A stretch of 64,000 nucleotides of DNA from Bacteriovoracaceae bacterium (GCA_041586955.1 JBFGZE010000007.1:1-64000), one strand, 5' to 3'. Counted from the first letter of the stretch, positions 31,220-41,817 are shown. A program made the numbers and translations. The notes: generated from the sequence alone by a model not told the origin.

Positions 31220-33361
31220 TATAGAAATTAAGGTATTAACGATTTTGGGATCAAGTTTTCCATCGTTAGCTGACTTTAAAAGTTCATCGCAAGCGACTGG
31301 TTGAGACCATGCGTCCCGGTAGGGTCTCCAAGAAATTAGCGCCGCATAACTATCACAAACTGTTACAATACGCGCTTCTCTTGTGATGGAGGACCCCGAA
31401 AGCCCTTGGGGGTAGCCACTACCATCTAAATATTCGTGACTTTGTTTGATGATATTTAAAATATCATCTTCAACAATTCCTAACCTTTTTAAGGTTCGAA
31501 TCGATTCATCTGGATGGCGCATGACTTCAGAGAATTCTCGAGAATTGAGATGCCCAACTCTATTGCAAATATTTTCAGGAATAATTCCTTTTCCTATATC
31601 GGCCAGGTAGCCGGCATTAACTATATTTTTCACTTCACCAGAGCAGAGGTTTAACTCTTTGGCCACGGCGTAGGAGAAAAGCGCAACCAGGCGTGAATGG
31701 CCGATACTACCATCAATTGCCTCGATGGGAAGTAAGTGGTCATTATCTAAAATGAGAAGCTCTTCAAAGGCACGATATTTTTCAAAAAAAGTACGGGACA
31801 CTCGAGATCCATCTTTTAGGGGGTCTTTCAGGCCGATTACCTCTAGAACTTGGACATTATTGACTTTGCCCTTAATCGTAATAATTTTTTGTTCTTCTAG
31901 TTTCAATGTTGCTTCGGCGAAGGCCATTTTATATTCCATCGTATTGGGCCCTAATAAGGTAGCCGTTTTAAAGCAATCATAGGCCTCTTGGAAAGCGCAT
32001 AAACTCAAATGGAGGTGACCACATTTATAATTCAAGATAGCGCGCTCTTGATCGTCATTCGCCATTTTTAACTCTTGTAATATGTCTTCGAGTTCTTGTT
32101 GAAGATCTTTGACTTTTTCTTTGCCTTCAACTCCCATTTGTTGGAATATTTTAACGTCGAGGTACCTTTCAATTCCAATATATGTCTCATGGTCAATAAG
32201 TACACCTCCGGCAGGACATATGCCCTCAAGCCTGGATGCCAGATTGACCACGTCTCCCATCGCCGTATAAGTTTTTCTTTTTGAACCAAACATACCAACA
32301 ATGGATGGACCGCAGGCGATTCCGATTCTCATTTTCCATGGGAAATTTTCGGATCTTAATTTTTCCTGCATCTTGAGGGCAGATAGAACGCATAATAATT
32401 TATACTGGGCAAAGGGGATTGGAGCACCGAATTCACACATAATACTATCACCGATAAATTTATCGATATGACCTTGGTAACTTGAGATAATAGGCTCCAT
32501 CGTCGCAAGAAAGCGATTGAGATCACGAACGACTAAATCGGGACTCAATGTCTCACAATAGCTTGTAAAATTAACTAAGTCGGTAAATAAAATTCCGATC
32601 TCTCTTTTTTCACTGCGTAAACGGCCGGTGATAATCTGTTGAACGACGGCCGAGTCCATTGTTGCGTAGAGGGTATCTTCAACTTTATTTTTAAGTTCTT
32701 GGATTGAGGCGTGTGACTTTTCAAGCTCTGCAGTCCTTTCATTGACCTTTACTTCCAGGTTTTCAGTATAATCTTTCAATTGCTGATTAGCGGTTTTTAA
32801 TTCATTTTGAGATTTAATCAGATCTTCATTAAGGGATTTTTCATTTGTTATTTTAGAGAAGATTTTTTCCTGTTGCTTGCCGACAATATAGGCCGCAAGG
32901 ATAAGAAATCCGCCCCAAGTTGAAATTTGAATATAAATGGATTCGGTTGAAGAATGGGTAATGAAACTTCCAGGTGAGATAATATAATTAAAAATGACCA
33001 TGAGAACACAGAGAGTCGCACCAATGGTCGCTGTTCTTAGTCCCAAGAAATAACTGGCGGCTATGATTGGTAAGTAATAAAAATTTAAAAACGCTAATTT
33101 TTGAACTACAAAATAATTTATAAAGACAGTGGAGCATAAAATAATTAATACAAAAAGGCGTTCAAAATGATTCGTGACGATCCGTTCAAGTAGTGTAATA
33201 ATTTTTCGTTTGATATTTTGATTAACTTCTTTTTGTGAAATCACTTGGGAGACGGATTGTTCACTTATAGAATCGTTCTCCGGTTCGACTAATTCCAATT
33301 TCTTCTTGATGTCAGTGGTTTTTGAGGTATCGCCTGGTTTAATCTGTTTTGTCTCGGCCAT
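31214..33361 (-). CDS. Membrane adenylate cyclase (class III) with TPR-like insert and C-terminal degenerate HD-GYP domain
   Basis: About 4 TM segments, coiled coil, LFTDLVNFT, DKFIGD, YTAMGDVVNLASRLE, IKGK; C-terminal GHS..V...LADIGK...SHEYLDGSGYP...RPY. Confidence 0.88.
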   Translation of the reverse strand: MAETKQIKPGDTSKTTDIKKKLELVEPENDSISEQSVSQVISQKEVNQNIKRKIITLLERIVTNHFERLFVLIILCSTVFINYFVVQKLAFLNFYYLPIIAASYFLGLRTATIGATLCVLMVIFNYIISPGSFITHSSTESIYIQISTWGGFLILAAYIVGKQQEKIFSKITNEKSLNEDLIKSQNELKTANQQLKDYTENLEVKVNERTAELEKSHASIQELKNKVEDTLYATMDSAVVQQIITGRLRSEKREIGILFTDLVNFTSYCETLSPDLVVRDLNRFLATMEPIISSYQGHIDKFIGDSIMCEFGAPIPFAQYKLLCVLSALKMQEKLRSENFPWKMRIGIACGPSIVGMFGSKRKTYTAMGDVVNLASRLEGICPAGGVLIDHETYIGIERYLDVKIFQQMGVEGKEKVKDLQQELEDILQELKMANDDQERAILNYKCGHLHLSLCAFQEAYDCFKTATLLGPNTMEYKMAFAEATLKLEEQKIITIKGKVNNVQVLEVIGLKDPLKDGSRVSRTFFEKYRAFEELLILDNDHLLPIEAIDGSIGHSRLVALFSYAVAKELNLCSGEVKNIVNAGYLADIGKGIIPENICNRVGHLNSREFSEVMRHPDESIRTLKRLGIVEDDILNIIKQSHEYLDGSGYPQGLSGSSITREARIVTVCDSYAALISWRPYRDAWSQPVACDELLKSANDGKLDPKIVNTLISIL

Positions 33362-33403
33362 AATTGGATCTCTCAGCAAATTCTTATTTTTATATATATT
33401 ACT

Positions 33404-33430
33404 TTATCGGTTGTTCGGACTAAAAAGTAA
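33404..33430 (-). promoter_or_regulatory. Possible sigma-28 (FliA) promoter of the cyclase gene
   Basis: TTAC-N15-ACCGATAA; good -10, weak -35. Confidence 0.35.
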
Positions 33431-33609
33431 TAGTTTAATAGGAGGAAAAGTGAATAATTTTCTTAAACTCGTATAATTTTTTTGGGCAAAGATGAGCAAA
33501 ATAAGTTCAGAGCATCCTTCAAAAAAAATGGTTTCCATCATTTCTCAAAATTTTAAAATTATCAAAAGCCGATGTTTTGGATAATGAAATAACCGACGAG
33601 TTTAATGAA

Positions 33610-34089
33610 TTACTGATTATTTGATAGATGGATAATATCTTCAATGACCTGTGAGAAGTCCTCTTGCATCGCTTCTGAATCAATCGCCATTCCATTCGCC
33701 AAGAGATTCATCTCTTCTTCTCGCTGTCGTGCTGCGGCCATGTCACGACCAAATTCATTAAGTAGGCCAAAGGTCATCAAGCAAAAATCTAATTCATCCG
33801 CGAGGTGGCGATCAGATTCTGAAAAACTATCGCAAATAACAATGAGGCGATGATCTTCTGGTATTTTGCGGTGAGCGAGCTTAATGAGGTTACGCGATTT
33901 CTTCATTTGGGGGGCGCAGAAAATCGCGTAATGGTGACCAGTCCTTTTGTAGCGACTGGTAAAGTGCCATAAGGTGGAGCGAGATAAGGCCAAATTTGTT
34001 TCATGTTCAAATAATTTAAAGGTATTTGTACAACAGCTAACAAAGTTCTGTAAGGGGCCATTGACCCTCGCTTCTGTGCTCATACTCAT
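33610..34089 (-). CDS. Hypothetical protein
   Basis: 159-aa ORF with CAGGAG RBS. Confidence 0.7.
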   Translation of the reverse strand: MSMSTEARVNGPLQNFVSCCTNTFKLFEHETNLALSRSTLWHFTSRYKRTGHHYAIFCAPQMKKSRNLIKLAHRKIPEDHRLIVICDSFSESDRHLADELDFCLMTFGLLNEFGRDMAAARQREEEMNLLANGMAIDSEAMQEDFSQVIEDIIHLSNNQ

Positions 34090-34106
34090 CTCCTGGGATA
34101 ATATTC

Positions 34107-34133
34107 TTATCGGTCCTGAGCAGAAAAAATTGA
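34107..34133 (-). promoter_or_regulatory. Sigma-28 (FliA) promoter
   Basis: TCAA-N15-ACCGATAA ending 18 bp upstream of ATG 34089. Confidence 0.6.
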
Positions 34134-34230
34134 GAATTAAATAAATTTAATTATGAGATGGAAAAACACCTTTTTTGGATAATCTGAGCAATTTACATTC
34201 AATAAGGATTTGTTATTGAAGTGAATTTGA

Positions 34231-34584
34231 TTAGTCGGTCTTTCTCGCTGACAGGCCAATCATAGGCCATGAAAGGACCATAATGACTCCACCGAGGGGG
34301 ATTAGGTGAACCACTTGGCGCCATCCAAAAAAGGCAACGAGGTAAAGGTTTATTGAAAAGCATAAAACACCAAGCCAATTGAGCCAATAGAGTCGATTAC
34401 TTATCGGTGACTTCAATAGAGCGAGATGCGCAAGTGCGTGTACCATCAAATAATGAGTCGCGGTTTCAACCTGGGCCAATTGATCTGGTCCTAGAACCTT
34501 TTTAAAGGCGTGAGCACCCATCGCTCCCATTGCAATACAAAAGGCGATCATAAAAAAGGGAAGGTTACGTCTGATGTGAATCAT
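34231..34584 (-). CDS. DUF423 (YgdD-like) membrane protein
   Basis: GAMGAH..., TA..Y.MVHAL, FS..LY, PLGG. Confidence 0.85.
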   Translation of the reverse strand: MIHIRRNLPFFMIAFCIAMGAMGAHAFKKVLGPDQLAQVETATHYLMVHALAHLALLKSPISNRLYWLNWLGVLCFSINLYLVAFFGWRQVVHLIPLGGVIMVLSWPMIGLSARKTD

Positions 34585-34659
34585 AAGATTAAATCCTTAA
34601 GGCCTAAATTGGCCCTATATATGAGGTAGAAAAGGCCCCGTCAATGTATCCCCAGGGAA

Positions 34660-35754
34660 TCATTTCTTCTCTCCTGATAAAAGTAAAATATTTTTAGCGC
34701 GGTTGAGCCCTTTGCGGAGTTGTAAAGAGGCGGATGCCTTATTCCCCGCAAGAAGAGCGTCGCTGTTGAGTGATTTTCCTCCATAGGATTGTTTGGATAG
34801 ACGTGGGTACACTAAATGCAATTGTTTGGTTAATTGATTTTTGAGTACCATTAATTCTTTGCCAACACCTTGGATATTCTGATCAGCTTCTAGTTTTTGG
34901 CGTAACCCTAAGGAGAGACCTTTAAAAAATGATTTACGGTGATTGGCATTCGCTTTTTCTGTTAATTGATTCTTTTTGAAGTCCTGCCAAAGGCGTTCAT
35001 ATTCAAAGGATAAGAACTTTGCCATATAATCAGCGGTCTCAACATTTAAAGCGCTACCAATGATTTCAATGCCGGTGCGACCTTTTGATCGGTGGACAAT
35101 GGGTTTGACCAGAAAGAGATCCATGACATCGTAAATGGCCTCAATCTTGGGAGTCATTTTTTTGGCCTCGAGTGCCATGCAGACATAAATTAGCTCTTCA
35201 TCGTATTCATTAAAATCGTTTTGTCCTAAATTATATTCTTGTTGGTATTGCGCTGCCTTGAGTGCTGCGGCCTGTGCTTCATGGGGGTTTTGGCTATGAG
35301 AGAGGCGTAATAGTTTTTGTATTTTATCTAAAATTTTTTGATTAGGGTTCGGCTGTGATTTGTGGACCTCTGGAAGAGAGAGGTAGGCGCGCTCAATACC
35401 ATTACCTCCTAATAACTTGCATTGTTCCTTAAACTCTGGCCCATGGTCGTTCACTTCATTGCCATATTTGAGAAAGGTCAAAAAATGGGCCATTTCATGC
35501 TTGAGAACCTGCAATTGAATGTCTAAAGAATAATTCATCAATGAGCGGTGCAGGGCAATTTGGTAGCGGGAGGGATCGAAATAACCCCATTTATTATTTT
35601 GTTCGAAAAGCACAATATGAAAGGGGACGTAATGGCCATTCCATTCAAACCGGCTACGGTGACAAGTAAGTCCCAACTCCTGCCGCATGATACGGCGGAA
35701 GTGGGACGTTAAGACTTTTGTGAATTGATTAATCTTCTCGGAGTAGACGAGCAT
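34660..35754 (-). CDS. SprT-like zinc metalloprotease with DUF2786-like domain
   Basis: VLKHEMAH...HGPEFK..C; KILDKIQKLLRLSHSQNPHEAQAA..KA. Confidence 0.82.
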   Translation of the reverse strand: MLVYSEKINQFTKVLTSHFRRIMRQELGLTCHRSRFEWNGHYVPFHIVLFEQNNKWGYFDPSRYQIALHRSLMNYSLDIQLQVLKHEMAHFLTFLKYGNEVNDHGPEFKEQCKLLGGNGIERAYLSLPEVHKSQPNPNQKILDKIQKLLRLSHSQNPHEAQAAALKAAQYQQEYNLGQNDFNEYDEELIYVCMALEAKKMTPKIEAIYDVMDLFLVKPIVHRSKGRTGIEIIGSALNVETADYMAKFLSFEYERLWQDFKKNQLTEKANANHRKSFFKGLSLGLRQKLEADQNIQGVGKELMVLKNQLTKQLHLVYPRLSKQSYGGKSLNSDALLAGNKASASLQLRKGLNRAKNILLLSGEKK

Positions 35755-36527
35755 TAATCAATTTTACTAGCAACCGCCGCTTTGAGGTATTCAAGATTCA
35801 TGCGGGCAATATTGCTGATATTGATGCCTTTGGGGCAGCTTGCTTCGCATTCGGCCTCATTAGTGCAATTTCCAAATCCCAATTCATCCATCTTGTCGAC
35901 CATACTAAGTGCACGTTTCTCAGCTTCGACTTTACCTTGGGGCAAAAGTGCCAATTGAGAAATTTTAGCGGAAACAAATAACATCGCTGAAGCGTTATTA
36001 CAGCTAGCAACACAAGCAGCACAACCAATACAAGAAGCTGCATCCATCGCTAAGTCAGAATCTAGCTTAGGGATGAGGATACTATTAGCGTCTTGAGCGT
36101 TTCCTGTGGCGACGTTAACAAAACCGCCGGCCTCGATGATTTCATCAAATGCCGAACGGTCAATAATTAGGTCTTTATGAACTGGAAGGGCGCGGGCACG
36201 GAATGGCTCTATAACGATGGTATCGCCATCTTTATACTCACGCATGTGCAATTGGCAGGTGGTGGTATTTTTTCGAGGTCCATGGGCCTGGCCGTTGATC
36301 ATCAATGAGCACATACCGCAAATGCCTTCACGACAGTCATGATCAAAGGCCACTGGCTCTTTGGACTCATTAACTAATTGCTCATTAAGTAAATCGAGCA
36401 TTTCAAGGAATGACATATCCTTAGAAACACCAGATAGTTTATAATCTACCATTTGGCCCTTATCATCTTGGTTCTTCTGGCGCCAAATTTTTAAATTAAG
36501 GGTCATTAAATTATTATCGTGACTCAT
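35754..36527 (-). CDS. sdhB: Succinate dehydrogenase/fumarate reductase Fe-S subunit
   Basis: [36 protein letters not shown]...CPK. Confidence 0.95.
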   Translation of the reverse strand: MSHDNNLMTLNLKIWRQKNQDDKGQMVDYKLSGVSKDMSFLEMLDLLNEQLVNESKEPVAFDHDCREGICGMCSLMINGQAHGPRKNTTTCQLHMREYKDGDTIVIEPFRARALPVHKDLIIDRSAFDEIIEAGGFVNVATGNAQDANSILIPKLDSDLAMDAASCIGCAACVASCNNASAMLFVSAKISQLALLPQGKVEAEKRALSMVDKMDELGFGNCTNEAECEASCPKGINISNIARMNLEYLKAAVASKID

Positions 36528-36537
36528 ATTACTTCCC

Positions 36538-38466
36538 TTATTTATATGATCTTTGAGTTAAAGTTACATTTTCAAAAGTTAATTCTTCGGTGTGGCGAAT
36601 AGGAGTATTGTCAACTCCTTGGAATTCCCAGGCCGCAACGTGAGCAAAGTTTTGATCATCACGTTTCGCTTCATTCTCTTCGGTTTGGGATTCCATTCTA
36701 AAATGACCACCACAGGATTCCCTTCTTTCTAGGGCATCACGGGCCATTAATTCACCTAATTCTAAAAAGTCCGCGACACGGTTGGCCTTTTCCAATTCAA
36801 TATTGACACCCACTTCCGTACCGGTCACTCTTAGATTTTTCCAAAATTCATCTCTTAACTTTTGAATTTTTTCAATGCCAGCTTTTAGACCTTCTTCTTC
36901 TCTTGCCATACCAACGTGTTCCCACATAATTTGACCAAGTTCTTTATGGAAAGAGTCAACAGAACGATTACCACCAATACTGAGAAGCTTTTGGAAACGC
37001 TCTTGGGCGGAATGATAAGCTTCATTAAATTCAGGAGAATCGAGATCAACTGGAGTCTCCTCTGGTTTTTCTGTCGCTAAATAATTTCCGAGAGTATAGG
37101 GAATAACAAAATAGCCATCGGCCAAACCTTGCATTAATGCTGAAGCGCCTAAGCGGTTTGCTCCATGGTCAGAGAAATTGGCCTCACCCAAAACAAAAAG
37201 TCCTGGGACATTACTCATGAGGTTATAATCAACCCATAATCCGCCCATCGTATAATGAACTGCTGGGTAAATTCTCATCGGAACGACGTACGGGTTCTCG
37301 TCGGTAATACTTTCATACATATCAAAGAGGTTACCGTATTTCGCCTTAATCGTTTCTAGGCCATCTCTTTCAATGGCGTCCTTGAAGTCGAGATAGACAG
37401 CGACTCCTGTTGCACCGACGCCCTTACCATCATCCACTTGATTCTTGGCATTTCTTGAGGCGACATCACGTGGTACGAGGTTACCAAAAGAGGGGTAAAT
37501 CCTCTCGAGATAATAATCGCGCTCATCCTCAGGAATATCTTTAGGACTTCTTTTATCACCTTTGGCCTTGGGAACCCAGACTCGACCGTCATTGCGTAAT
37601 GACTCTGACATCAATGTCAGCTTGGATTGATTTTCCCCATGAACGGGAATACAAGTGGGATGAATTTGAGTATAGCAAGGGTTAGCGAAATAGGCGCCTT
37701 TTTTATAAGCTTTCCAGGCAGCAGAACCGTTGGAGGCCATGGCATTGGTCGAAAGGAAATAAGCATTCCCGTAACCACCAGTACAAAGAAGAACAGCATC
37801 GGCCTTATATTTTTCAAGCTCTCCTGTGATGACGTTACGAACGATGATACCACGGGCCTTGCCGTCTACCATTACCAATTCTACCATTTCACGGCGAGTA
37901 TAAATTTTCACTTTGCCTTTATGAGACTCTTTCATGAGAGCACTATAGGCCCCTAATAATAATTGCTGCCCCGTTTGGCCGCGAGCATAGAAGGTTCTTG
38001 AAACCTGAGCACCACCAAAAGAGCGATTACTCAAGGTCCCGCCGTAATCGCGAGCGAAAGGCACACCTTGGGCCGTACATTGATCGATGATATTATTAGA
38101 GACTTGAGCGAGACGGTAAACATTCGCCTCACGGGCGCGGAAATCCCCACCTTTAACAGTATCGTAAAAAAGACGCCAGACAGAATCTCCATCATTGGGG
38201 TAGTTTTTAGCAGCATTGATACCCCCTTGTGCGGCGATTGAATGAGCGCGCCGGGGAGAGTCTTGGATACAGAAAGCGTCTACATTATAGCCAAGCTCTG
38301 CAAGAGTCGCCGAAGCGGAAGCTCCCGCTAAACCTGTACCAACAACGATCACCTTAAATTTTCTTTTATTGGAAGGGTTAACCAATTTCATATTGAAACG
38401 GTGCTTATCCCATATTTCTTGAATGGGCCCTTCAGGTACATTTCCATTTAATTTCTTAGAACTCAT
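36538..38466 (-). CDS. sdhA: Succinate dehydrogenase/fumarate reductase flavoprotein
   Basis: [43 protein letters not shown]; start at MSSKKL with GGAGG RBS. Confidence 0.96.
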   Translation of the reverse strand: MSSKKLNGNVPEGPIQEIWDKHRFNMKLVNPSNKRKFKVIVVGTGLAGASASATLAELGYNVDAFCIQDSPRRAHSIAAQGGINAAKNYPNDGDSVWRLFYDTVKGGDFRAREANVYRLAQVSNNIIDQCTAQGVPFARDYGGTLSNRSFGGAQVSRTFYARGQTGQQLLLGAYSALMKESHKGKVKIYTRREMVELVMVDGKARGIIVRNVITGELEKYKADAVLLCTGGYGNAYFLSTNAMASNGSAAWKAYKKGAYFANPCYTQIHPTCIPVHGENQSKLTLMSESLRNDGRVWVPKAKGDKRSPKDIPEDERDYYLERIYPSFGNLVPRDVASRNAKNQVDDGKGVGATGVAVYLDFKDAIERDGLETIKAKYGNLFDMYESITDENPYVVPMRIYPAVHYTMGGLWVDYNLMSNVPGLFVLGEANFSDHGANRLGASALMQGLADGYFVIPYTLGNYLATEKPEETPVDLDSPEFNEAYHSAQERFQKLLSIGGNRSVDSFHKELGQIMWEHVGMAREEEGLKAGIEKIQKLRDEFWKNLRVTGTEVGVNIELEKANRVADFLELGELMARDALERRESCGGHFRMESQTEENEAKRDDQNFAHVAAWEFQGVDNTPIRHTEELTFENVTLTQRSYK

Positions 38467-38468
38467 AA

Positions 38469-39140
38469 TTAATTCCCTCCTTGAAGAAAGCAGTAGATGG
38501 GAAGTGCGGCAAATCCTAAAGTGATCACGACAGCGTAAAGCTTCGAGAGGCATTTAAGGGCACAATTGTATTTAGGGTGGTTAAAACCTATTGATTGAAA
38601 AGCAGAGGCAAAGCCGTGGCTGACGTGTAGACCAAGAGCAAGCATAGCAATAACGTACCAAGCTACTGCGAAAGGGTTTTGGAAGTATTCAATTAAGAGC
38701 TTATAGAGATCTCTCATTTCCACACCATTATAGGAGGCGGTGTAAACGGGTCCAAACTTGAAATGGAGGATATGGAAAACAAGAAAAACAAGAATGGTCA
38801 TACCGGTATAGGGCATAGTGGCCGAAGCGAAAGTCGCTCCACGGCCAGTAGGTGTCTTCATATAATAAGAAACTGGGCGCGCTTTCTTATTCTCAATCGT
38901 CAGCCGGATTGCCAAGCCGATATGAGTGAGAAATATCGCCAATAATCCCGCTTCGGCAATATAAATGAGGGGGTTAGTGATAAGGGCATGGGCATAAGAA
39001 TTAAACGCTTCCGCTCCGAGATAAATGAGGCAATTACCAATAAGGTGACTGACTAAAAATCCACAAAGCAAAAGGCCTGTGATGGCCATCAATTGTTTTT
39101 TGACAACTGAAGAGCTCAAGCGCTTGCATAATGAAGACAT
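38469..39140 (-). CDS. sdhC: Succinate dehydrogenase cytochrome b subunit (b558-type)
   Basis: KK..MAITGL, five TM helices with conserved His, SHGF.SAFQS.G. Confidence 0.92.
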   Translation of the reverse strand: MSSLCKRLSSSVVKKQLMAITGLLLCGFLVSHLIGNCLIYLGAEAFNSYAHALITNPLIYIAEAGLLAIFLTHIGLAIRLTIENKKARPVSYYMKTPTGRGATFASATMPYTGMTILVFLVFHILHFKFGPVYTASYNGVEMRDLYKLLIEYFQNPFAVAWYVIAMLALGLHVSHGFASAFQSIGFNHPKYNCALKCLSKLYAVVITLGFAALPIYCFLQGGN

Positions 39141-39359
39141 AGGACACGTACTCCTTGAAAAATGAACGTATGATAAAGATAAATCTTGCTTATAGTATCT
39201 GATAAATTTTAATAAATTAAGCCCTAATTAAAGTGCAGAGCGTATAAACAAAAAGCGATAACTACGCATATTCCAGAGAGTCGGATCGAATTACTCAAGT
39301 TTTGGTGCCGGTTTTACGATGAGTTGAACGAGGAATAATCCCTATGATTGGAGGTAATT

Positions 39360-39824
39360 GTGAATAAATGGTTATTGGGTATTTCTCTTTGTCTCGTGGG
39401 TACGAGTGTCATGGCGCAAGATCGACCAATAAGTAGGTTGAAAGAGAAGCGTCACGAGGCCCGCAAAGAGATGAAGAAAAAAAGGGCCGAGGCCCGATCC
39501 GAGTTTAGAAAAGATCGGCAAGAGGCCCGAGAAGAAATGAAGGAGAAGAGGGCCGAGGCACGAGAAAACTTTAAGGAGGATCGTAAGGCAGATCATCAGG
39601 CCTTTAAGGAGGCCAAAAAGGAGAATCGCGAGGCGATGAAAAATGGTGAAATTTCTAAAAAGGAAATGCGCCAAGAGAATCGCCAGGTCCATCGCAAATA
39701 TAAAAATGAAAGGAGAAGAGAACGGCGTGAGATGCGCCAGCAAAAGCGTCAAACCCGGCGAAAGTTTCGCCAGGAAAGGCGCGCTGATCGCAAAGAAATG
39801 CGCCAGGCCCGTCGCCGACGTTAA
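39360..39824 (+). CDS. Secreted, highly basic 11-residue-repeat helical protein
   Basis: GGAGG RBS plus GTG; signal peptide (VMA|Q); E/K/R-rich hendecads. Confidence 0.75.
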   Translation: MNKWLLGISLCLVGTSVMAQDRPISRLKEKRHEARKEMKKKRAEARSEFRKDRQEAREEMKEKRAEARENFKEDRKADHQAFKEAKKENREAMKNGEISKKEMRQENRQVHRKYKNERRRERREMRQQKRQTRRKFRQERRADRKEMRQARRRR

Positions 39825-39844
39825 TGAAATCGTAATATTAACCT

Positions 39845-39872
39845 AGAGGGGGCCCATCTGGGCCTCCTCTTT
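39845..39872 (+). terminator. Intrinsic terminator-like hairpin
   Basis: agagggggccca-tc-tgggcctcctct-tt. Confidence 0.65.
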
Positions 39873-39963
39873 ACATATCGCCGCTCAGATCGCCAATTAA
39901 CCAAGTGTCAAAATGCAATTTAAAGTCATGGTTATTTAATTTCAAAAAGACTTTGGATGTAAA

Positions 39964-41817
39964 TTAATTGGGAGAATTATCATCAATTCTTTTTAAGATA
40001 GTCAGGTTCTCTGGTTTTTTACATAGATTCGAGCCATCGGCCTGTTTGAGGACTCGCCCTATTTGTGTCATATAAACTAAACCATCGACCCCGTCTCCTG
40101 TTACTTGATAATATTCAGTGAGTTGTGATCCCGCCATTTTTAATTTATGAAGAGGACCTTTAGTACTGAAATCTGTGTGCTTATCTAAAAAGGGATCATT
40201 TTTTTTGATTGCGCTGGTAAAATCGTCAAGAGAGATTTTATCCTTTTCAAGCGCCTTTTGGAAATTTGGGCGATAGGTATACCGCTGGCCTTCTTTACTG
40301 ATGATTAAATGCTGCCCCTCCTTTTTGACATTAAAGCCTAGTCCCGTCTCTAATTCCTTTTTAATGGCCCCAAAATAATTATCGAGAAAGCGATTATATT
40401 GTTGTGTGGTGAAATTTTTCCCTCGAATCAAGTATAGGCCTTTAATATATTGATCGAACGCCTCATTGATATTAAGAAGCGCTCTACCACGCTTACTTAA
40501 TAATTTATGACCGCTTTTTGCCATTGGGCGGTTAATATAGCGGTTAACGGAAACCTTGGCGATTTTCAACTTCGTGTTTCGGTAGGCGTTGGAATAGGGT
40601 CGCATAAACCAATTATTATTAACAAAGCGACTTAAGGGGGGGCCAACTGCTATCCAGTTGAGGAATTCATTAGCGGCACCTCGAAAATAGGAGCCGGCGT
40701 TGAGTATAGAGTTAAGAACCGAGGTTCCCTTTTGATCAAAGGAAATATTAGAGGTTACTCGTCTGCCAAGTGTTGAGCCTCTAAGATCTGTAATTTTATC
40801 GGTGAACTTGCTGGCATTGGTGATCTTTTTACCAACGGAAGTTAATTTAGCTATTTTGATCATACTTGCTGGAACGGCAACCGCGCCCCCTAATAAGGCA
40901 AAGCCTCCCGCCTCGGCCAAAATACCGCAAATCAAATTAAGTTTATCATCGCAGGAATTGCATGAAAGTGCGTTGGCCTTTTGTAAACATTTTGACTCAT
41001 AGGGATCGCCTTCCCATTTGGTACATCCGATGACCCCTCCATAATAATCTTTAAGTCCCTCGATGATCGCTCTAAAATTCTTTTTAATACTATCATAAAC
41101 TGCATCTGTGTTTCCCTCTTCAACGGCGGAGACAATCGATTCACCCATAAAACTACGCAAGATTTCTCCCTTTTGGAAATTATCCTGCTTATTAAAATAG
41201 GAGTTCCAAATTGTTTTAGCGAGGGAACCCGCAAATTGTGGTATGTCATGAAAAACGAATTTTAATGTTGTCTTAAAGTCAGTTTTGATTTTTGACAAAA
41301 AATTGCCAATACAACCAACCTCAGTGCCAGCGGCAGGATCTTCTTTTTTGGAAAAAAGGTATTTCCAATCCTTTTTAAAACTATCTTTGACTTGACTAAA
41401 ACATTGTTTCACAGTCAATGAGCATGAATCGACCTGATACATTTTATTGATTTCTTCTGCCGTACTGATCAATTCATTGAATTTTTCGTTATTGAGTGGC
41501 TCGCTGTGATTGGGATCGACACAGGGATTTTCTTGATTATCAGGAGGCGTAAGGTCATGCTCGACAAAGGCCAGCGCTGAATCTTTACCTGTGCAGTGGA
41601 AGTTAAAGTTAAGAATTTGACCATCATCTTTGAAATAAACCTTAAAACTGACCCTCGAAAGAGAGTTCTCCGTGCAGCTTTTTAAAGCTTCGCAATTTAA
41701 ATATCCTTTTGTATTTTGTGAAAGTACTTTATCATAGAGTTCAGTTGCTAAACCAATGCTGGGAGTCGAGATGCCTAGAACAAAGATTATGATGGCCATT
41801 ATACTCTTATTTGCCAC
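39964..41817 (-). CDS. Large secreted Cys-rich hypothetical protein
   Basis: Signal-peptide-like (V/M)ANKSIMAIIIFVLGISTPSIGLA; many Cys; hydrophobic Gly/Ala helix then basic C-terminal domain; start uncertain (41817 GTG or 41799 ATG). Confidence 0.7.
   Translation of the reverse strand: MANKSIMAIIIFVLGISTPSIGLATELYDKVLSQNTKGYLNCEALKSCTENSLSRVSFKVYFKDDGQILNFNFHCTGKDSALAFVEHDLTPPDNQENPCVDPNHSEPLNNEKFNELISTAEEINKMYQVDSCSLTVKQCFSQVKDSFKKDWKYLFSKKEDPAAGTEVGCIGNFLSKIKTDFKTTLKFVFHDIPQFAGSLAKTIWNSYFNKQDNFQKGEILRSFMGESIVSAVEEGNTDAVYDSIKKNFRAIIEGLKDYYGGVIGCTKWEGDPYESKCLQKANALSCNSCDDKLNLICGILAEAGGFALLGGAVAVPASMIKIAKLTSVGKKITNASKFTDKITDLRGSTLGRRVTSNISFDQKGTSVLNSILNAGSYFRGAANEFLNWIAVGPPLSRFVNNNWFMRPYSNAYRNTKLKIAKVSVNRYINRPMAKSGHKLLSKRGRALLNINEAFDQYIKGLYLIRGKNFTTQQYNRFLDNYFGAIKKELETGLGFNVKKEGQHLIISKEGQRYTYRPNFQKALEKDKISLDDFTSAIKKNDPFLDKHTDFSTKGPLHKLKMAGSQLTEYYQVTGDGVDGLVYMTQIGRVLKQADGSNLCKKPENLTILKRIDDNSPN

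Noticed and set aside
38467..38553. N-terminal extension of sdhA in the ORF track
   Set aside because: Overlaps sdhC; the GGAGG RBS supports ATG 38466
39372..39752. Hydrophobic 126-aa antisense ORF
   Set aside because: Mirror image of the K/R/E-rich + strand gene, which has an RBS, signal peptide and terminator
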